The notes beneath the pieces are model-generated. The model was not told the origin of the DNA. It worked only from the letters and a program-made list of their open reading frames with translations, and did no database searches. Positions 40,540-52,876 of a stretch of 64,000 bases of DNA are shown in pieces (the stretch's first letter is position 1; every line of letters begins with the position of its first letter). This stretch comes from Balanoglossus misakiensis (taxonomy: Eukaryota > Animalia > Hemichordata), in the NCBI GenBank assembly GCA_040954595.2, contig CM082578.2, positions 17,491,912 to 17,555,911 of the forward strand. The letters are read 5' to 3'. The position numbers were made by a program, and so were the translations under genes.

Positions 40540-41968
40540 AACATCGGTTGCACGCAAAGGCGAACGGCACGTTTAGAGCAGTGAATTGTTTCGACGTCTT
40601 TGGCCGTCCACTGATTGGTGTAATTAAAGGTGTGAAAACGACGTCTGGACCGGAAATAGCTTGATATGTATAATTTTCGATGACTACTACAGCCTCGATG
40701 TACACACGTACATGCTCGTCCGCTCCGGATCACTTCGGGCGAAATTACACTCTATGACCTTTGTGACCTCAAACTTTGCATGACATGAAGTGCCGTGTGC
40801 AAATCGACCTTACGTGCCACATTATGCAAATCATATCAACTTCTTCGGAGATTGCAAATATGATTCTAAACAATAAGAATCTTAAAAATTGACATTATTC
40901 AATTTGAAATTCAACAGACTTTGCATTAAACGTAGAAGCAGTATACTGTTCACTAAATGCAGCGTGGATGTAGACTTGCGTTCATAGCTTCAACTTCCTG
41001 TTGCCATAGAAACCACAGACTCTTCAGCCCAGAGTATTAAACTACTCCCTCACAAATACTATATTATGACAATTTTCCTATTACAAAAATGACTCATCGA
41101 GTATTAAATGTCAATGACCCATGCTGAGAAGGAAAAGCCTACCACTCAACTTCCGGGGAGTAGCCACTTTTGTCCAAAATGGTCTACCAAAGCATGACGG
41201 TGGTTGTGGTTTCCGCGAATGTCATTCACGGTCGGAGTGACCGTGGTTCAGGTCTTCAAGTTCAGAAGTTTAATCACAGACCATTATCACTCGATTTTAC
41301 AGTTAATGTTTTTCCAAGGTGTATATATGTTATTTTTGTGTTTGCTTTCTTGATTTATCTTTGTTGTAGTATGATCGAATTGGATATATATTTTCTTGGA
41401 ATATATAGTCTGTTTGCATAGTCAACAGGTATGTCAAATCTGGGGAGTGATGAGTGATGACCAATGGTGCGCTCGACTCGTGCACACCCAAATATTACCG
41501 GCAAACAACCAGACAGCTTCCTGTCAATGAATTGAGCTTCTTTTTGTCGCATTCCAAAAAGCAGAGTGAATTCAGATATCTCGCAATAAAAGACTGAAAA
41601 CGTACGCTAACAATTGTGAAGGGAGTTCCTATTATTCTGTTTTAAAGCTTCTGTTGTTTGCTTCTCATTGAAGTCTGCTGCGTGATCGCTTCTCGCTTTT
41701 CTTTCCGTTTTCTTGACTATCTTTCGGAAAAATACCTCGATAAATCGATATTTTTCTCCACACTTTCAAAAGTTCCTTCACGACACGGTTTGTTTTATTG
41801 GAACTGTCTGACTGGAAGAGTGCCCTATGCTATGTTTACCCAGCAGAAAGTAATAGTATATATGCACGCACTGGAACCCCAAGTAAACCCCGTGAATTCA
41901 AATGGAAATCACTGCAGACAATAGTATAAATACATTGGTTAAATTCCGATTGGGATCTTAAAACTCAC

Positions 41969-42100
41969 CCTCTGTCGGTCTTCCCTGGCAATTTCTGGGT
42001 TCTGTTGCTGGCCACTGGCAGGATCCACAGTCGTGCCGCGGGCGTTCTTCATTGACGTTTGGGGACTGGAAGAACGTAAGGGATAGGTCATCCTATCCAT
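41969..42100 (-). CDS. TES: Candidate alternative (distal) first exon of testin (MDRMTYPLRSSSPQ...EDRQR)
   Basis: AAGATGG start context, 132 nt open, AGG|GTGAGT donor, phase 0 compatible with exon 37918-38003. Confidence 0.6.
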
Positions 42101-45056
42101 CTTGAACTGTCTGTTGATATTATGGAATGCCGTAAAATCTTCTGTGACTTACAGAGAGTTGCGCGACCTATCGAAAGGGTGGACAGCAAAGTAAAGTAAA
42201 GGGGAAAGTTTTTAAACAAAAGGTACAAAACGCACGGATCGAGCAGAACTTCCGATTAATAGTAAACTGGAGCTGTGTGGAATGTTGCCTTCCGACCAAG
42301 GTTGTGAAGTGATTAACATGATTTAACTCCTGTTTGTTGTATTTCACTTCCACAGGCGAAACCCAGGGGGACATCCTTGGCAAAATAAGACCTATTGCCA
42401 TGAAATACTAATGCGAGGGCGCGGCTTATGTCTCTCGAAGTGGGCCATAGGAGTTCACCCCCTGATTTACAAGCGATTGCGTTTTCTTCCCTTTCCTTTT
42501 AGGGAAATTAAGTGGGGTTTACACACCCAGTTGACTGGTCTATGCACTCTTCTCTGTGAGCCGAGGTGAGGGTGACGACCTTCCAAAGAGGTCGACCGCT
42601 CACTCTATACAGACATTTGGCAGACCCAGCCATTCTCTACAGATTCTGCTGTGCCTGATACTGTACCACTGAGGGAGACTCGACGTTTTATAACTTTGTC
42701 AGGGTCAGTGAAATATATTCGGAAAGAAATCACAGGAAAAGTGCACTCAAGGTCACAGAGCATATTTAAACACGATGGCACAGAGAGCTATCCAATAAAG
42801 TTTTGACATTTCTTTTGCCAGACGCACCGACGTCTTTCTTTCTCATTCAGGGACCAATTGTTAGGGATGTCGCCTCATATAATCACCGTTAAACCACTGC
42901 TTTGAATGCAATTGCCTGATTGAACCATTACTGTCTGACCTTCGTGACTTTCGTGCTGCATATTCATTGCTATAAGGCGTACATATAAGTAACCAAGCAC
43001 AGTTATTTCTTTACTTGCCCCACGTCTTTCTGCAGGGTCTCATCAGCGAGATAGTAAAGTAATAGCAGAGAATGCTAATCATTCAATATTCATTGTTTAT
43101 CCAGAGGTAATTTATTTTTCTATAAAAGTACAGTTATTGACAATAAGACCTGTATGGGGCTTGTTGTGAACCAGACGGCCTGCAGTAATATTCAAGCAAA
43201 CAAACAAAAATTTCAATACATAACAAGATGAATAATAAAAACATACAGGATTATATGGCTATGAAGACGGTGCACAATTATGCATTGAAAATTTAAAAAT
43301 AAATTAAATATATAAAACGGAATTTCATACTTCTTCTATCTCTTTTCACAAACTCAAACTTCTGTACATAAAGTTACGTGACACTGAGCACCCCAAGAAT
43401 TGGAGTATAAAATTTTAAAAAAGTTATAAAAAGCACATGGCATCTAAAACGTCTACCTGCAAAGCTATCTTGATTGGTAGTCTGATCTTTGTTCATTTGT
43501 CAGAACAAGAGGTATCCAGACATAACAACTATTTGGTGGCGGCATCCGCAAGGTCTGAAGAATAACAAACTGACTGCGAGGAAGCAATTTATATGGTATC
43601 GAACTACCATTGGTTTCAGTGCTCATCACTAGTGACGAACAGCGCCCTCAATCATACTGGAAGATTCTTATTCCTTTTCATGGGATACTGCAAAAATTGT
43701 TGGATCAATTTTATAATTTTCAATCACTTGGGAAGCTCAGAGTAGATATACAAAAACAATAATTGGGTGCTGCTGTATTGGAAAGTACAAAAACTTATAA
43801 AAATACTCTTTGTCTTTGAGTGAAATAATACAGGCTGATAAAAAAGTTCACTTTATAACAGGTGTGAGAAAATGCGACATGAAAATGATGTTACATGAAA
43901 AAAACTTAGAGAGAAATAAAAGCCCATTCACAAAATACTGGAGGAATGTTTGACATTAACATAAACTGGAATGGAAGTTATTGATATGTCCATTGTGTCA
44001 CTCCACATATTACAAATGTACTGACCCTTGACCTGAATTATCAAAGTGATGAACTTGGCTTCTAAATCAAGATGCTGTGATGTTTGACTACACATGCAAA
44101 GCAGATGGTCAGTAATAATTCTGCATCACAATATGCTAAAAATATTTCCACTGTCACACCTCCCTTGCCCCAGTGGGATTGCGCCAAATAACTTATCGTG
44201 AATGGGGCAACACAGTATAATACGGCATCAGTTTCTAAACTTTTCTCCGACTGACAGCATTGTTGTCTATTGTTCATATGGATTTAAAGCAAGACTCCAG
44301 TTTTGTAATATTTAAAACTCACCGTAGTGTAGTATCTATAGGCATCTGGACAGTGAGTTTCAGATTTTTTTTTTACAAAATGAGGGTGGCGCTTTGAGGG
44401 TACAACATGAGAAGAAGGGCACACTATTATATACATGCCATCTTATAAACAAGATGCAAATGCCAAGATTGTGACATTGTTGATTTGATCATGCTAATAA
44501 CATACATATTTCATTTGTTTTCCAATGAATTTCAGAAAAGATGGCCAACTAGGAAAGTGTGAGTATACATCAGGCAACACAGCATATTATTGCTATTATT
44601 GTTAGTCTGTCAAATATCTTCTAAGAATCTAACAAAATATACACAAAGTTCTGTTCTTTTAAAAGTCTCTTTTTGTGAGGCACTTGAAAGTTTTGAGGTT
44701 TGGAGTGAAAGCCGATAGCCTTCCACCATTGGTTGACAAAAAAGGCATGTTTGGATTTGGAATTTACTTTGTTTGACAGAATCATTCCACATGGAAATTC
44801 GATGTTCCATCAGCTGTCTATGGTAATTGTACTGTGGTTATTGGAATTGGGGACCCACACATTACACTCCAGATAAAATCTTGTTCAATAAAAGATATAA
44901 TAGTACATCTACATTTCATTCATTAGAGGAGTCACAGGTTTCTGATTCTGGAAGCAACAACTCCTGCACATTTTGTCCAAATCAATCAGGAATCAAGATC
45001 TAATCATACACATCTAGCTACCAGTTTTATCACTGCATTGATTCACAGCGTGCATT

Positions 45057-48000
45057 TCACTTTGCCTGCACTCTGGGCTGATTTCCCCAGAACTCGTCTC
45101 TTCGCTTCCGTGCCCTTTCTAGGACCTCAGAGGCCAGCGAACAACTTGACCTCGAGGAGATGGTGGAGAGGTTGGACCAAGCATCTTCGCTCGCCATCAC
45201 CCTCTGACCGCCGGCCAACAGAGGTGCCCCATTGCTGAGTGCTGCCAGTTTCTTGTCCATCGAGGATTTGGACTTGACGGAAAGACCTGAGGGTACTGTC
45301 CAGGCTTCGCTGGTTTTTTTTTGAGGTGCCTCTTCTGACTCTGCATTGTGGGAAATCAACAAAGTACATTAATTATGCCTGATGCACGATATAAGAAAAT
45401 ACATGTGTGCCTTACCTACGATGTACAACTTGTACACAAAACTAATTGCCAATGTAATGAATTACCAGCAGATGTTACCACAAAACAAATAAACCATCAA
45501 GGTGAAAAGTACTTCATGGGATGCTTGACACTAAATGACCTCAAACCCCCTCTCCTTAAGTTGAAAGCGATGGAGTGATTGAGCAAATGATATCTGTGTC
45601 TATTTTTGTCAACTTAGATTCAAGATGAAATAATGACTGCCTTCATTAACTTGAACAGCAGCTGTGAATATTCCCCATTGCCAAACACACTTACTCTTTG
45701 GAGGTGGTGGTGACACAGCTTCGTCACGGTCCACAGCGATGCCAGCCCATGTCTTCTGCCTGAGTTGGGCCCGGTCATCCGGTACTCTTGGACGAGCTGG
45801 ACTGGTTTCGTAGAAGTTCTCCGAGTGCCTCTGGAATGGAGATGCTGGAAATGAAGTTTCCAGCGGATCTGGGTCCTGGGTGAGAACTCCGGCAGAGGTG
45901 GAATCCCTGACCTGGAAATGGCGAAAATGAAAACAATTACAGTAACTGTAAAACTCAGCGCAATTCTTATGGAACAATGCACTTTTAAAAAGACTAAACC
46001 AGTCAATGATAAACATTGTGAATGAGGACATGCTCCTGTTATCTGAATGGCCAATAAGCAGGATTCTGACATCTTTTCAAAACTACCTCGCAAAAACTAC
46101 CATGTAAACAGTTGCTTGCATATTTTTGTTAAACTTCATTTATGTAAACAGTTCCGATCAGAACATTGCAATACCTTTGACAATGTGTGACTCTCAGCTC
46201 CACAGTTACATGGAACAACATCATTAGCCAGGCCTGAATGTCTAATACCATCGTGATGAAGATGCCTGTCACTTACTGGTTGCTGGGCTAATGGGGTTGC
46301 TGAGCTCCCCTCATCATCACTATGGTAACCATCAGAGGCTGCTTTACCTGTGGAGAAAAAAATGAAGGTACATGTACAGTTTGTGGGAAAAAAACTAAAA
46401 GCTAATCTCTCAAGGGGGTGGGGTGGGAGGGGACTACTTACGTTGTGGTTGTGGTGGTGATGGAGGTGAAGAGGACTTTGGTTTCCTTGGTTTTAATGCA
46501 GGTGATTTTTTACTTGCACCTGCAGTAGCTGCCTTGAAGCTTGGCGACGTCAACAATGCACCACCTTAGCATACAAGAAAAGAAGATTAAATCATAATGG
46601 ATTTTGTTGTGATTCATCTGTAACTCAACATACTGTTCAATGATAAAGCAAAGAGATGTTTCCATTTGGCATATCTTGGTTTTTTTCTCTCCAAAATTGA
46701 ACATTTTGTATTTCAAAGTATATATATCACACTTTTATAGTCATAATCGGTGATCATCAACAGGAACTGTGAATGAAGCTATGGTAACTTTATAAAACTA
46801 CTACCCGGTACTAACACAAGTATGACTCATCTTACCGATTGCTGGTGTAGTCCTGGCAAGATGGTGTCTAGCCTTGTCAACCTCCGACACTTTGGCAAGC
46901 CTGGGTGTTGGAATGCGACCATTCTCTTCTTCTGTTGTCTCAGTCGCAGCTGAGTCTCTGGGTGATGTGTGTGAGCGGTAGCCCTCTGGTGTTGGAATGC
47001 TGCCAATGCTGAAGTGATTCAAATGGAAACACACATGAAAATAAGATGATTAATTTAACTAACATTTTCTTGCAGATTGATTTCATGGCAGATTTAATAG
47101 CATGTGTATATTAAGACAATTCATTCAACCTTACCTAGATTCTGTCTCTGCCTTTCCTGATGGCCACGCCAACTTACGTCTGACTGGTTGTGTTTCAGCA
47201 AGGTGAATTGGTGGAACGGATTTCGCTTCTTCCTCTGCTTGTTCTTGTTGACGAGCAAGTTGCGCTTGTTGCTTAGCTGCCGTTTCTTTGGTGTAGGTTT
47301 TGCTTGGTTTGACTCTGTGTGGTGAAAAACAATGAGACGGTCTTTAATTTGCAGCACTAAATGCCCATCAAAACTGTGATGAAACGTTTATCTGATTCAT
47401 TCTTTGTCACTTGAGATCAAGCATCACGCACATACCACTTGCTTTCCCACATCTCTGAGCTCAGAAGACATACACAAACACTGTAGAAACTCACGCAGCA
47501 AAACATATTATTGAGTCTGCGGGGAAAAAAAGTTGATGACAAAGAAAACAACAACATACTCATCCTGACTTTTCTTCTGGCCGTTCTGTTCACTGGCTGT
47601 GATAGTACTGGTGCTTGTCTCACTCTCCTGATCCCACAACCTGGCTTGCTGTGCCAGTAGCTGAGCTAAGTGTTCCCTGGAAAAGTGAGTCCCTCTGGCT
47701 CTCTTCTGATATTCCTGGGCTTTCTTCCTCAGTTCAATGACCTGTCAGAATAAAGGATAGTTGGCATGACAACACTGTAACAAATAACTTTGAACTTTTT
47801 TTTTGGAAAACACCAGTAAAGGTACTCTAAAAACTAGCATGTCAGAATTTTTTTCAGAAACCAAAACAACATAAATTCGCTGCATTTTGAATCAAAAGTA
47901 AATATAAGTATAGAGTATTAGTTTGCAGAGTTAAGCTGCACAATTTAGAGACAGAATATGAGATACTACAGATGTTAGTATGGTAATGCAGGCTGCGAAT

Positions 48001-51000
48001 GAATACAGATAGCCTTAAAAGGGGAACATTGGTATGGTCAGTTCTGAAAGAATTGTGTCATGTTTCTTTGATTTAATTAGAATCATGTCTCTACCAATAT
48101 AACCCTTTACAACCGAAAGAATACTTTTAGAATAAATGGCTAAGTGGCCATAACAGTTGAAAAGCAGTAATCCTTTCTTTACATATCTCTCACCTCTTTG
48201 AACCAATTTACATCCTGAACTTTTTTTGTTTCTTTTTCTGTTACTTCCACATTTTCAGAGAACTTTCCAGGTGTTCCCCTTACCTCAGAGAACCATTCCG
48301 GTGCGCCTGCAGCCGCTCGCTCTTTGACCGGCTGCTGGACTTTGTCCGAGGCATCGTCCCTCGGCTGTATGTGAGGTGGATCAGCGCCGCGCCACACGCC
48401 TTCCATGTAACCAAACAAACGGGGATCTCGGTAGTTAGACCTGTACTCAGACTTCCATTTCCTGAAAGAACAAAATGAAAATTGTTCACTGTAGCGACCA
48501 GTTTTCATTGTGATACTTTACATGTTATATTACAAGCAGGTGCCCCAATCTTCTAGTTTAGACTACAGATCCTGTCTTCAGCCAATCAGATGTCTTGTAT
48601 CACACAAACCAATGCTTTGTATGATACCAGACATCTGATTGGTTATTACAATATTTTATCACTCAGAGAGTCTTACTTGATAGGACCTGAGGGAAAGAAT
48701 GGTTTCTGTGGATTCTGAGCTGCTTTCAAATGTTCCATCTGAAGGCTTGGTACTCCAGCTGCTGGCATCTGATCAGGGGACATGTTGGCTTTCGGACTGC
48801 TCTTCTTTCTCTTGCCCTGATTTTAAAATCATACAAATGTGTGATAAGAATGTGAAAATGGTCATTGCAAGTTTTATGTAGTTTGCTGTGTAAGACTATG
48901 TTTCACATACAACTAACCTATTGTACCAAGCGTTCCATCAACAAGTTTAAGCATCTTAAGTAATCTGAAATACACTTCTTACCCTTGAAACCCGTTTTTT
49001 CTGTTTGGCTTCCTGATCTTTCTGGTCTTTCTTGGCATGCCCCACCAACATTTCCTGTTGTGTTGGTTGGACTTGATTCCATGCTTGAAACTGGGAATCG
49101 TACTCACTTTTCCGGGGTGCTTTGTCCGGCATGTAAGATGGAATGGCATTGGAATTGTAGATCATCTACAGAGAGAAAACAACATTCAATATCAGGACTA
49201 AAGCTAAGTTTTTGATTTACGACAATTTCCCCTTCAGTTCAGCAGATCACTGTCTCATAAATAGCCCACCTGTTCAGCTGCTATCAGGGGAGATTCTTTG
49301 TATATAGGTGCCTTCCAGGCAAATTGGCGTTGGTATTCTGATAATCTTTTGGGGCCAGCATCTTTTCTTCTCATTCCCGCTCTGTATTTCATTCCTCGGT
49401 CAGACTAAATTGGAAAGAGAAAACAAACATTGCTTATGAGCTTTGAATTTTTAGTTAATGTTGAAGTGTGTGTATGTGTGTGTGGAAGGGAAACAATCCT
49501 TGGCAAATGTTCAAATCTATAAAACCCAACATGACATGGTTAGGGGTGGCATCGATGAGGGGATATTATGTACCTAATAAAACATAGCATTGAAGGTAAT
49601 GATTTTGAACGCCTGCCAAAGGATACTGGGTGTGACTGATGATTGGAACAAGGATATAAATCAGACTAAACTCATGAACCCACAAGGGATGAATTTGGTT
49701 TATAGAGCTGCTATTTAAGTTTATCAGTTATTTCAGACTTACTTCAACCTTATCTTGGTCCTTTTCCAAGTTTTCCTTTTCGACCTCCTTGTGTTTGGCC
49801 ACAGGTTTCGCTTCTTTGGGGGGACTGGACGCTTGGATGGGCTTCGTTTTGTCCACTTTGGGTTCTAGCTTATAGGTTTTGCTTTTGTCTTTCCTGGGTT
49901 CCAGCTTGTAGGTTTTGCTCTTATCTCGTTTCTCGTCACCTCTGCCGAGATCCCGAACGGGCTGTATTCTGGGATCTTTTGCGATGCCGTTCATTTCAAT
50001 CTTGGGTGGTGCATCTTTCTCTTTCCTCGGTTCCGGTGCCTTCGGTGGTATCACTGGTTCGCTGCTTTCTTCGGATGGATCGTCAATGTACATCTTGGTT
50101 GTGGATGTTATCTTGGACATCGGATCCACTGGATAACGCTTGTGTTGTATTGGTGGTTCCCTCTGCTCTGCTTTCACGAAACCTTGAATGAAAACAGGGC
50201 GCCTGTGTAATTATCATGCACAATTCTGTTCTTGACAGAATACACATCAACTTGATTGACAATAGCCAACTCAGATTTACATGTCCACTTTATTTTGTCT
50301 AGTTTGTGAAACCTAGCAATCTTTTTAAAGTTTTACACAAAGTACTACACAACTGCTGAGTGGCAGATATAAGTACATTCCACAGGTACTGAGAAACCCC
50401 TTGCTGAGCTTGACACTGAAGTCCCATGGCCATGAGACCCTGCTGCTACCTATGGTTGTACCTGTATCTATTTCATTACACACCCTGTCTATACCTTGGC
50501 TGAGGTAACTGTCTTGGTGTACGTGTAAGGCCATAGAAATGATAGAAACATGAGAGGATTGCATTCAGATCATTTGCCAAGCAGTCTACATTTATGACCA
50601 CGAGAACTACCAAATAACCCGGGCGGTAACCACAGGTCGTGAAAAGCCCTGACAGATCTTGAAGTGAAGTTTTGGCAGATGGCCAAGTCCCAAACTGTTG
50701 GCACCTTTCTGTCACTGCATTGTCCCACAGTGGAAGGTGGTATCCAAAATGCTGTCAGCCCTGTGTGATAAGATGGCCTACCATTGTATACAACACATTT
50801 TTGTGACCCAAGAAGATGAACAACCAGTTTACTATACATGGGCATTGGGTGTATACGCAAATCAAAATAATTCACCTCTTTTGCTTAAGCAAGACACCAT
50901 ATTCCAACCACATTCCTAGTTCTCAGGCAACAACATTTGCCTGTCCTGGAATTTCGTCAACATGTACATAAGTCAAAAAGAAGATTGACCATATCTAAAT

Positions 51001-52223
51001 ATTCTGCACAAACAATTCAGCTTCTTTGGTTTAAATGATCTATTTTAATGTGCAAATATGATGATTAAGTTTGCACTGGGAGTTTCTGGCCAAAAGACGG
51101 TCACTTATAACTATTCAAAATGACTAACCTAGGGCAGCTTCTCTGATTATGCAGTACATAACAGTCAAGTGTCTTACAACAAATTATTACATAAATGACT
51201 GTAACTTCTGTTACTTACTCAAATCTGCAGATTTGATCCCAGCCTGTGGTGCCCCTTGCTCCGGTGATGGATGGAATGAGGCTGATTTTCTTGATTCAAG
51301 CCATTTATAGTTGGTCTTGTATTCAGAGTTGGTCTGTGAAAAAAAAAACATGCATTTGAGTTTTCTAGTTCATCTTGCTATTCTCAAGGTGGTATTATTG
51401 TCAAATAGAACCCAATAACAACAAATGTGTTGCAGTTTTAGAACATGTACTTACTTTTGGATCTGTTAACTTCATTTTGCTCAAAATCTTCAAATCTTGG
51501 AGCAAATCAATTTAACATCTGCACACACAATGGTAGTTACAAAAATCCCTGAACTGTTCATGCAAACAAATCAAACTATTTGGTGGCAAAATGACACAAT
51601 TTCAGAAGTGATATTGAAGTGTGACTGGCCGAGAGGATGGCAGTGAATGGTAAGATTTTAAAAGTGCTGGGTCCAGTTGTAACTGACCACTTTGCAGCAT
51701 GTTGTAACATGTGAAAATCCAATCCAAACAAATAACAAAGAAACTCCCATTAAAGGGTGACCCAAACGCGGGAAAAGCCATTGTAGGCAGTTTAAAGTAT
51801 TGTAACGGGACTGATTAAAGGGATCATGTATCAGAAAGGACGCCAATAGCTTAATACATGCCAAATGCAGCCGGTATTTCCACATACATCAACTTTCTCA
51901 GACCCTCTTCATCACAAACAAAACAATAACAAAAGCATCTAGTTGAAGCCGTGCCAACTTTTGGTAAAGTGGGCAAACAGGACATTTACGGTCCCGAGAA
52001 ATTCCCAACCAATATTAAGTATGTGCACTTCTCAATTTTGACGGTGAACCCTGGGTCTATGTTGGTCGAATCCGACAACACATAATATTGAGCTAGCTCC
52101 ATATCAAAGATATGTCATCAATCATGGTCTGTCAAGTTCCCCACTGAAGCCATATCGGCTATCAAAGCGGTTTTCGCGAGGTACTATGAAATGCGTTTAC
52201 ATTACCTTGAAACGCACGGGCAT
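45057..52223 (-). CDS. MDM1: Nuclear protein MDM1 (centriolar/microtubule-binding)
   Basis: Starts MPVRFK; repeated SEY-x-x-x-F/Y motifs (SEYKTNY, SEYQRQF, SEYDSQF, SEYRSNY); ELRKKAQEYQKRARGTHFSREHL; ends SLASEVLERARKRRDEFWG. Exons: 52206-52223, 51219-51333, 49743-50182, 49270-49404, 48983-49165, 48677-48816, 48284-48461, 47560-47741, 47135-47314, 46836-47008, 46442-46564, 46277-46347, 45695-45911, 45057-45340 (phases consistent). Confidence 0.9.
48580..48644. repeat. 65-nt inverted repeat (MITE-like hairpin) in an MDM1 intron
   Basis: CCAATCAGATGTCTTGTATCACACAAA vs TTTGTATGATACCAGACATCTGATTGG: 27-bp arms, 2 mismatches. Confidence 0.75.
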
Positions 52224-52400
52224 TTTCGTGGTGATTTATGGTATATTTCAAGATTTGTATGTTGTAGCACTTCATTTGAGTGAAAAACAAGTCGGTCAAA
52301 GGGACAAAACGTTATCCATTCTGTTCAAACTTCAGAAGTATGGCGTCCTTAGTACTGCGCAACCGCAGTAAGTTAACCGTCTCCATGTGACCTTTGACCT
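52224..52400. promoter_or_regulatory. Putative bidirectional promoter MDM1/TRMU with TRMU 5'-UTR exon
   Basis: Divergent genes; YY1-like ATGGCG at 52340; GTAAGT donor at 52368 and TTTCCAG acceptor ending 52864 just before the TRMU ATG; perfect DR1 TGACCTTTGACCT at 52388-52400. Confidence 0.5.
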
Positions 52401-52876
52401 GTAAACCCCGTTTGGGTCACTTGACTGGACTGTAGTGCATTTCAACACCAACCCTCAAAACACGTATGTTAGATTTAATCAAGATATAATATTGTTCAGG
52501 AGTAGTAACTATTCCAGCTATTTTTATGATTAGTACAAGTATAAGTACTGATATTGTTGTTTGTCTCATGTTCTATAAAACAGAAGATGAACAAGATGCA
52601 GATTCTAATATTGATATTATTTCAATTTTGCACTTTATAGAAGAGGAAGGGGGTGGGGAATAAGAAGAAAAAACTAAAATGTTTCTCTTGAGTTTAACAT
52701 GGAACTAATAGGAGTACAGTCCTATAAAGAATGACTTGCAACTCGTAACTTCTAGAAAAGATTCAGACACAAAACTGCAACCTTTAAGCTTTGTACTCAT
52801 TTGGCATGATGTCAGTTAACATATATATAAATATATACATATATATCTATATATTTATTTCCAGAGATTGAAAGTT

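Noticed and set aside
47437-47455. Possible 19-nt MDM1 microexon
   Set aside because: Not frame-preserving between the flanking phase-2 exons.
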